From Octopus vulgaris (lineage: Eukaryota): a stretch of DNA of 64,000 bases. Location of the stretch: the NCBI GenBank assembly GCA_951406725.2, contig OX597819.1, forward strand, positions 81,406,001 to 81,470,000, in the 5' to 3' direction. A model generated the notes under the pieces. That model searched no databases, was not told the DNA's origin, and saw only the letters and a program-made list of their open reading frames with translations. A program made the position numbers and the translations under genes. Shown here one piece after another: positions 55,063 to 64,000 of the stretch. Numbering within the stretch: the stretch's first letter is position 1; the number at the start of each line of letters is the position of its first letter.

Positions 55063-55172
55063 TATTAATAATATAAGGGTAAATAATTATTAATTTTAAA
55101 ATCAACAATTATTTCCAGATAGATTTCGGTATGGAAATATAACCATTATCGGTAGGAACCTTTTTAAAAGGT

Positions 55173-55220
<48 letters not shown>

Positions 55221-55731
55221 GGGTAAGCAACAGGTTGCTTAGCCACATACCGAAAAATTAGAAATAGCAGTCAAAGACCACTTCTTTCTATTTTCTACAA
55301 ATATAACTCCACTTATAACATATACATGTAACTCACATATGTAAAACAGGATGAAAAATAACGAAAACAAAGTCTTCGATTAGTTACAGACGCATTTCTG
55401 GGTCAGAATTATAAACAAATCCATTCCCTTCTTCAGCGTAACATTCCTTTAGATAGATTTACAAATGTTAACTTACATACCTCTTGCTTTCCAACCTTGC
55501 GCCATCGGAGATAGCATGAGACAATTAACACAGGCTAAATCCACATAGATGAATGAATTCGCATTTTTCCTCCAAAATTTTACCACGTGCGTCACAAAAA
55601 TAGTTCCTCAGGAATAGAACTATGGATTGTCATAAGGGATTGAAAAATTCCATTATTAATAATATAAGGGTAAATAATTATTAATTTCAAAATCAACAGA
55701 ATGTTATGCTGAAGAAGGGAATGGATTTGTT
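55063..55731 (-). mobile_element. Second retrozyme/Penelope-like element: 591-nt period, one full hammerhead plus an inverted half-hammerhead
   Basis: 55063-55107 is repeated at 55654-55698; 55699-55731 is the reverse complement of 55414-55446; shares CCACATAC.GAA..TTAGAAATAGCAG.CAAA with the 33.6-kb element. Confidence 0.7.
55383..55442 (-). ncRNA. Type I hammerhead ribozyme motif
   Basis: Minus strand reads GTTACG CTGAAGA A GGG...CCC A GAAA TGCG TC TGTAAC: 6-bp stem I, GUC triplet; stem III is probably a CpG-decayed ACGCGT. Confidence 0.7.
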
Positions 55732-57251
55732 GTGGCCATGCTGGAGCACCTCCTTTAGTCAAGCAAATTGACTCCGGGAGATTCTTTGTAAGCCTAGTAC
55801 TTATTGTATTGGCCTCTTTTGCTGAACTGCTAAGTTACGGGGGACATAAACACACCAGCATCGGTTGTCAAGTAATGTTGCGGTGACAAACACAGACATA
55901 CACACATATTTATATACATATATAGGACTGGCTTCTTTCAATTTCCATCTACCCAATCCACTCACAAGGCTTTAGTCACCCCAAGACTATAGTACAAGAC
56001 ACTTGCCCAAGATGCCATACAGTGGGACTGAACCTGGAACCATGTGGTTGGTAAGCAAGCTACTTACCATACAGCCATTCTTGCGTCTATATATGTATGC
56101 ATATATATATGTGTGTGTGTGTGTATGTGTTTGTACATATATATATATATACACACTCCTGCGCCTATATATGTATATATATTTATGTATATCATACCTT
56201 GAACTTTTCAGAGCAGTCTTACTGATGTTACATGATATTTCAACTGACTCCTTACAATATTTAATTTACATCTTCATTACCTTTCATTGATATTTGATTA
56301 AAATTTCAACCATAGTACTGACCTTTTCTTCTTTATTTCAACATGTGCATGTTCTTTTATTCGATTCAGTCACTTGACTACGGCCATGCTGGAGTACTGC
56401 CTTTAATCAAACAAATCGACTGCAGGACTTATTCTTTGTAAGCCTAGTACTTGTTCTATCAGCTTCATTTGACGAATTGCTAAATTACAGCAACATAAAC
56501 ACACCAACATCAATTGTCAAACGATGGTGGTGGACAAACACAGACATGCAAACATGTATATATGTACACATCATCATCGTTTAACGTCCGCTTTCTATAC
56601 TAGCATGGGTTGGACGATGACTGGCAAACCAGATGGCTGCTCCAGGCTCCTATCTGATCTGGCAGAGTTTCTACAGCTTGATGACTTGGTCAACTAGGTA
56701 ATGGAAGCTATCAACTACTTCTAGTTTTTCTTCCTGAAATTTGGTGGAAGTTCTTCTCTGCGCGTTTTCAGTGTTTATTGCTCCTGAGCATCTGCCACAT
56801 ACAAAAACTATCTTCCTAGTTAGCCTTCCTTTGATATTACTGCACCTCTTATGTGTCCATAGCTTGCACTCGGTACATCTTGTAGAGTTTCTACCTACGC
56901 ATTTTCTACAGTTCGAGCATATATATATATATTTAGTTGTTATATAAATATATATATGTTTTTATTCTTTACTGTTTCCAATTTTATCTTCATCTCTTGT
57001 TTTACTATTCGTCTCTGTTGTCACATTCTTTCCTTCTACCAAGGAAATCTAATGCCCATAGCTTAGCTTTTCCTTGGGGCTGGCCGTTTTGGAGCAAATC
57101 TCAGAATTAAACAGCCGAAATTTGCCATGATGAATCGGTTTCTGACTGAAGAATGAAGGCTCTGAATGACTGTCTGTTTTCCGTGTTCGTCAATTCGTGA
57201 ATTTCACATTCTTTATATATAAAGTTTTATTCTATATATATATATACATAC

Positions 57252-57329
<78 letters not shown>

Positions 57330-57368
57330 GTATGTATGTATGTATATATATATATATGTATGTATGTA

Positions 57369-57401
<33 letters not shown>

Positions 57402-57486
57402 ATATGTATGTATGTATGTATGTATATATATATGTATGTATGTATGTATGTATATGTATGTATGTATATATATATATGTATGTATG

Positions 57487-57517
<31 letters not shown>

Positions 57518-57926
57518 GTATATATGTATGTATATATATATGTATGTATATATATATATATGTATGTATATATATATATATATATGTTATATATTATATG
57601 TTATATATATATAGTTGTGGCAGAAACGTTAGTGCATGGTTGAAATGTTTATCAGTATACTGTTTGTCTTTGTGTTTTGAGTTCAAATTTCCATGAGGTC
57701 GACTTTGACGTACATATTTAATTAATTTTTTTTTGATAAACACTTTCAAACTTCCGATACTGGTAGAATGTGTCACATAGAACAGGGTTTACTCTTAACG
57801 TTTTTGACAAAATTTTGTATTTTAGAAGTTATTTTGTTAGAAGTTACAGAGTGACAATGGACAAATTTGTGTTTGATAAGTGTCATAACACGAAACTCTC
57901 AGCTTTTGTTTTACTCTCTAACTTCT

Positions 57927-58423
57927 GCGTGCAACCAAAAGAATATCCTCCATCAGGTATTTGCCATATCCTGAACGCCTTACTTCCCTGGACATGGACA
58001 CATTGAAACTCCGACGTCTGGCAGCTGACCTGGCAGACACCCATAAAATTATCAGCCATCGCACAAACAATAACACTGAGCACCTCTTCAAACTCCACCC
58101 ATCTAACACCCGTGGACATATTTACAAAGTAAGAAAACAGCACAGCTCCCATGACTTCAGGAAACATTTTTTCACGCTGAGAGTTGCTGAAGCGTGGAAC
58201 AAACTGCCGGCATCGGTTGTTAGTTGTCGGAGCACTGCATCCTTCAAGACTTCCATGCTTCCTGAGATTCGCCAACACTACACTTGATTTTCTCCCCTCC
58301 ATACACACACAAGCATGTTCACTTTCCAGACATTTCTACATTACTGCATGTACTTTATATGCACTTTCTGACAAGTTGTGGTGCACCTGAGCACTGTATA
58401 CAATAATTTCATTATTATATTAT
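57927..58423 (+). mobile_element. CR1-clade LINE 3' fragment (end of ORF2 plus 3' UTR)
   Basis: RATKRI..YPERLTSLDMDTLKLRRL..DL..TRGH..K..FFTLRVAEAWNKLP..FK, the typical CR1 C-terminus; stop at 58287; (TTA) tail. Confidence 0.85.
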
Positions 58424-58760
58424 GATATATATACATATTACATACATGTGTAAAAAAATCTCATCACGCAATCAAACCAATGAAAGAGCCTCTACATGGT
58501 CGCTCAACATGCTAAAAATAGCAGCCAATTCCCCTGCCTAAATCACACGCCCATTGTATTTAATGTCCCAGATTATCCCTAAAAAGGCGGTTTGCTGAAA
58601 GCTGGAATGTCTTTGATAATCAGTTTGCAGTATCAGGGTTGATTTGAGGCTAAATAACAACATTATGGTAAATTTCTATATTAACAACCGCATAATTTTC
58701 ACTAAGAAAAAAACAAATAATTAGATTTTTGCCTGGAATCAAGTACCCTGACCTCCTAAT

Positions 58761-58858
58761 ATGTTGCAAATCCCTTAATTTGGTCCAGAAAATGTTGCAA
58801 ATCCCTTAATTTGGTCTGGAAAAATGTTGCAAATCCCTTAATTTGGTCCAGAAAAATG
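58761..58858. repeat. 31-32-bp minisatellite, 3 copies
   Basis: ATGTTGCAAATCCCTTAATTTGGTCCAGAAA(A) in tandem with no spacers. Confidence 0.9.
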
Positions 58859-59055
58859 CAGAATCATTGGAAATTTTTTCTTCATTGACTGAATTCCTGT
58901 GACCTCCTAATATTGCAAAATTAGGTTACTTAAGGTGAGCCTGGTAACTGATAGTTTTGGGGTCTATTATACAGTGTAGTTGACAAAATCAAAAGTAAAC
59001 AATGTGCATGCACAAAATTGAAAATATATAATAGCGACAATTTACCCATCGCACC

Positions 59056-59099
<44 letters not shown>

Positions 59100-59317
59100 G
59101 AATTATCCTATGTTTACCTTTAACATGGAAAATTCAATGAACCATTACCAGGGTAGCAAATTCACGTCAAAAACACGGTTGAAGCGACCTATCCAAAGGT
59201 AGAAACTCCGGGTTAATGTGCAGTAATTTGTGTGTTATAAATGAATAAATAAATAAATGGAGTTGAATGAAAGAATTTTATTAACACCTTCGTTCAACTC
59301 CATTTATTTATTTATTC

Positions 59318-59354
<37 letters not shown>

Positions 59355-59849
59355 TTGCATATACATACATACATATATATGTGTGTGTGTGTGTGTATTT
59401 ATGTGTATATATATATCGTATATGTGCCCCAGCAGGGCCACAGTCTAATGAACTGAAATAAGTAAAAAATAGTAAAAAATAATTAAAACAACATTGTGTG
59501 TGTAAAAAGGAAGGTTAAAATCCCAGCTATTTCATCTTGAAACACATCTGTTTATTCTATTATTACAATCCAATATGTAGTTGCTGTCATTGTTGTATGG
59601 AAATATTGTGTGTGTGTGTGTGCATGCGTGTAACTTTGTGTTTGCCTCCATACTACTTCACAACTGGTGTTGATTTACTCACACCCTGAAACTTAGTGGT
59701 TCAACAAAAAAGATCAATGAAATAAGTACAAGATTTTAAAAATAAGTACTGGGATGAATTTGTTTTTTGAACCTATTCTAGGTGGTGCCCTAGAAAGCTT
59801 TAGTCCAGCTATTAAAACAATAATAGAAATACCATCCGAACATGGCAGA

Positions 59850-60128
59850 TACTAGCATCGCATGACTGGCATCCGTGTCGGTGTCACATAAAAGTACCAA
59901 CCGATCGTGGCCGTTTGCTAGCCTGCTCTGGCCCCTGTGCCGATGGCACATAAAAAGCACCTACTACACTCACGGAGTGGTTGGCGTTAGGAAGGGCATC
60001 TAGGTGTAGAAACACTGCCAAATCAGACTAGAGCCTGGTGCAGCCTCCATGGCTTACCAGACCCTGGTCAAACCGTCCAACCCATGCTAGCATGGAAAAC
60101 GGACGTTAAATGATGATGATGATAATGA
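59850..60128 (+). mobile_element. (GAT)n-tailed SINE or LINE 3' end
   Basis: GGTTGGCGTTAGGAAGGGCATC..CGTCCAACCCATGCTAGCATGGAAAACGGACGTTAAATGATGATG. A related copy at 61830-62145 has about six tandem ~21-bp units; tail fragments occur throughout the window. Confidence 0.7.
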
Positions 60129-61116
60129 TAATAAGCGCAATCAAATATCCCAGAGTGTGCACCTTACAGAGGTGTTTTTCATTGTCTTTTACAGTTAATC
60201 TTGAAACCTAAGATTTTTTTTTGGTTTTGGCTAGAGAGAAAAGTAAATTGAGAGTTGTAATATTCATGACTTTTCTGAGGACAATCAATTAACAGTACAA
60301 ATTTAAGTAAAACAAATAACTTCAGTTGAAGCTATTTGAATCTTACCAGGTGGCTGTTCTTGTTTACCAGGAGTTTACAGTTACATTATAGCATGCTGAG
60401 CATTTCTTTGCTTGCGGAGTCAAGTAAGACAAAAGCACAGTATGGTAGAAAATGCTTTTAAATGACATTTTAAAATTTCTATTGCTAAGTTTGATTGAAA
60501 ACTCACACTATTGGCAGATTGCTGGAGTTATTTCAATATGAATCATATAGTTCATATGATTCATATGCAGATTTGTCAGGTTTTCTTCAATATTGTTTCA
60601 GGAGAGAAATCAGAAAATGACAATGAATACAAGTTATTCTCATAAAATAGTCAAATATGAAATCTAACCCCTGTAATTTCTTAGATATGTTAATAATAAT
60701 TAACACTTTCAATGTTCAGAATGTGTAAAAAAAACAAAAATTATAAATAAGGTAGGACAAAACAGTTTATAGAAAACCAAGATTTCACCATCTTCTATGC
60801 CTCAACTACAAAACATGAATAATGAGAGCATGTGCCTTTGTGTGTGTGTGTGTGTGTATGTGTGTGTGTAAATGTGTAAGTACATGTGTGTATGTGTGTG
60901 TTTGTGTGAAAGAATACCCTAAGATACATACACTTGTTCATCATCTCTGTTGCATTAAATTAACTGTACCATTGGGGATATATTAAATGTTGATGTGAAA
61001 TAAATAATGGGAAAAGGAAAGAAGCTTGTGTGACCAAAGCCATATGGTCAAATGTGAACTGATATACAGGTCATTAAATGGTCAGCCTATACTAAAAAAT
61101 TAATGAATAGACATTT

Positions 61117-61178
<62 letters not shown>

Positions 61179-61399
61179 AAATCAAGGTCAACACTAATGA
61201 TCAGTTCATTTTGGGCAACCACAGTGATTAACTGGACATATAAACTTCAATCTTTTCTTCTACCTCTGCTACATGTATACATCCACATCCATAATCAATG
61301 ATATGCCAGCATGTACACACACACACGTTTGTGTGTGTATGAGAGAGAGGGAGAGAGAGTAAACAATTATGTGCCAAAGATGTTGTTGTACTTTGTCTT

Positions 61400-61735
61400 G
61401 TAATACAGGAGCTAATATTTCATCAGGTGATGAAGTAGCTCTGTAGGTATTTCGGCCCCTTCTACCATAACTTCAGAGCTGCACCAACCTCTGATGTAGG
61501 CAATATGATTCTCATACAACACTATCGGCCTTGTTGTCGAGTCAAACGGTAAAACTCTGGACCAGACGATTCCATCATCATCAATTTTGGTTCTTGCTGC
61601 ACTACTTGTCCTCTTTCTTGCACCAGATGTAATTGCTTGCTTTTCTCAATGGCTTTCAACAATTTTCTGGCAACATTATTTGTCTCTTTCACAGCTAGTC
61701 CAAGATTTCTAAACATTGAGCAAATCCTCAGGATG
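61400..61735 (-). mobile_element. HERO/NeSL-like RLE non-LTR retrotransposon 3' fossil
   Basis: Minus strand reads MFRNLGLAVKETNNVARKLLKAIEK, frameshift, ASNYIWCKKED; resembles the AAEKASxWIWxKR C-terminus of that group. Confidence 0.5.
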
Positions 61736-64000
61736 CTGAGCATTTCAGATGAGATGACAAAGGACTGAGATGCCTGGTACCTTGTCATACTCAAGAAGAC
61801 CCGTACTCCACAGCAGGAGTGTTAAGACCAATCCTTCTGGTCATGTAAAGGACTTATGGCAGCAACACATAAAAGTATCCATGCAGTGCTATGTAAAATC
61901 CCCCATGTGGTGCCACCTAAAAGTGTTCATGCAGTGCCATGTAAAAGTGCCTGTGTGGTGTCATATGAAAGTCCCATGTGCTGCCACTTAAAAGCACCCA
62001 ACACATTCTGTAAAGCGGTTGGCATTAAGAAACCATGCCAAATTAGACTGGTGTCTGATGCAGCTCCCCAACTTGCCAGCTCTGGTCAAACGATCCAGCC
62101 CATGCCAACATGGACAGTGGATGTTAAATGATGATGCTGATGATATATATATATATTATGCTGTCTATTCACTAATTTCCAATATTATTCTGATGTGTAA
62201 TTCTACCTGTTGTTTTTTAAGTCCATACAGCACATCATTAACCCACATTGGCAGTTAAATATGACAATTTTTTTAGTAATTTTCAGTATATCAACCTAGT
62301 ACCAGCTCACTTCATTATAAATATACCAACCATATTATATAAGTATTTTGCCTATTTATGTTGCTTTTGTTGTTGTTGTTGCTGTTGTTTACTCAATTCA
62401 TCTCTGATTGAGCAGAGCTATGATCAAAAGTTTTCTCCACTATCACCAACCCATCTATTTTAGAAGTTATCCATTTTTATCCTTTTCTTTTCCTTCCAAA
62501 GTGGAAGGGTGAGATAAAAGGAAGATTAAGAAGATTTATTATTCACAGTAGAGAGAAAAATCATAAATAGATTCCTTTCTCGGCTAATTGCATGTTTATA
62601 TTTTCATATAAGCCAGGGTTGATGTCAGTATTATCAGAAAGGACATATAAAAGAAAATCATAATAATATATATGTGCTTGAGTTTATATTTAATTTGCAA
62701 ATAAATAACTAATGAAATATAACTACTGTTTATTTTAGGATAATTTCTATTCCATAACAATTATAAATAAACCATTTTTAATTAAACCTTTTGTTATCAT
62801 ACTTCTCTAGAAAAACCGTGCCTTTTTTCAATCAATTTTGAAAATAATAAAGTATTTAGTGAAACATCTGTCAGTATTAAACTGGTGTTTGAAACTTTAT
62901 TTAACATCAAATTTTGATGGGAGGTTTTAATTTAGATAACTTTTAAACAGGTAGCTTATATCATAGAACTACAGCAGTTCAGGATAGATTGATATCAAAA
63001 GAGTTTATGTAGGAATGGATTGTTGAAACATTCGATTCTCCATTGAAACCATTTCATTTAATCAACTAATTTACTTAGGAAAATAGTACTATAACAAAAG
63101 TCTTTGTTTCTTCATTTCTTATTTTTATTTCCCTCACATTTCTTATTTCCTATTTTTATTTCTCCCTCTTGATGTACTTACTATGTTTGTCACATTCTGT
63201 ATGTAAAATTCTTATTGTATTACACATCTAACACTTATTTTTATTTTTACAAAGAGTGAACATGGGAACAATCCAGTGTTCAAGCCTTTTTTAAAGTTGT
63301 TATCAGCATAGGAGGAGTGAGATGCTTCGAAATGAGATCAAAACTAAAAGCAGTTGGGGAGTTCTGCTCATTCAAAAGATTCCTACTTTTTACTCTGTGT
63401 CACTTACCACAGAAAAATGTATACATAAAATATTTGCTTCTAAATAACTTTCATTCAATTTATAGTTTGTTTGTCTCCAATAATCTTGAATATTTTGTAT
63501 ATAATCTTAGCTGAGAGAAGTGTTTTGTAAACTGAAATAAACTGTTTTTGACAAGCTGAAAGGAATCATCAGAAAATAAGCATCTCAGTTTGAATATTTT
63601 ACTGCAGAAAATATATTAAATATTTTACTCTTGGTTAAGAAAATATAATATTTTCCAATTTTATTGATTGGTTATTTTCTTTCGTATGATGATCTGAATT
63701 TATTTAGTATGGAAAACAGACAACCAAGGATTCTGCAGGGAAAAATAACAGCATGTTGTCTCAGGCTAATTTGATAATATGGGGAAAGTGGTCGCAAAAT
63801 GCTTAAATAGAAAACAAAAATCAAGAAAAATCATGCATTTTCCCTTCTTTAGCCTGAAGGAAAATAACTTTGCAGCCTTTATTTGTAAGCAGAGTTATGA
63901 TATGATCACAATCAAAAGCCAGCAGCCTCATCTATTTTCTGCTGCACTCCTCCAGTCAATTGCTGCCTATGAGATTCTGACATTTTTTATTCTATTTTTT

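Noticed and set aside
61410-61485. GAAA and CTGATGA in the HERO-like 3' UTR (minus strand) as a permuted hammerhead
   Set aside because: The required stems I and II do not pair in that order.

Overview
AT-rich eukaryotic genomic DNA dense in microsatellites ((TA)n, (CA)n, (TAGA)n, (TATG)n, (TTA)n, (CAT)n). The repeat families look like those of Octopus; this is recognition from memory, not a database result. I can support no intact protein-coding gene, and almost all of the supplied ORFs are translated microsatellites or SINEs. The window contains many tRNA-headed SINEs; truncated LINEs (R4/Dong-like in TAA repeats, CR1, two RTE, HERO-like); two DD37D (maT-type) Tc1/mariner fossils; non-autonomous Helitron/Helentron, hAT and piggyBac-like MITEs; and several local inverted duplications. 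The main hidden signal is a high density of minimal type I hammerhead ribozyme (HHR) motifs (CUGANGA...GAAA-palindrome-UH): about 6 with intact cores and about 10 variant or degenerate. They sit in non-coding, mostly (TA)n-flanked elements. These include a tandem element with two HHRs 591 nt apart plus an inverted segment (33.6-34.7 kb), a related 591-nt-period element (55.1-55.7 kb), a tRNA-headed element carrying an HHR (27.8-28.1 kb), and a family with a recurrent non-canonical CUGUNGA core. Together they suggest an octopus retrozyme or non-autonomous Penelope-like system that could make self-cleaved or circular RNAs. CpG content appears to fall after about 22 kb, suggesting entry into a methylated gene body. 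All folds and alignments were done by eye and need computational confirmation.
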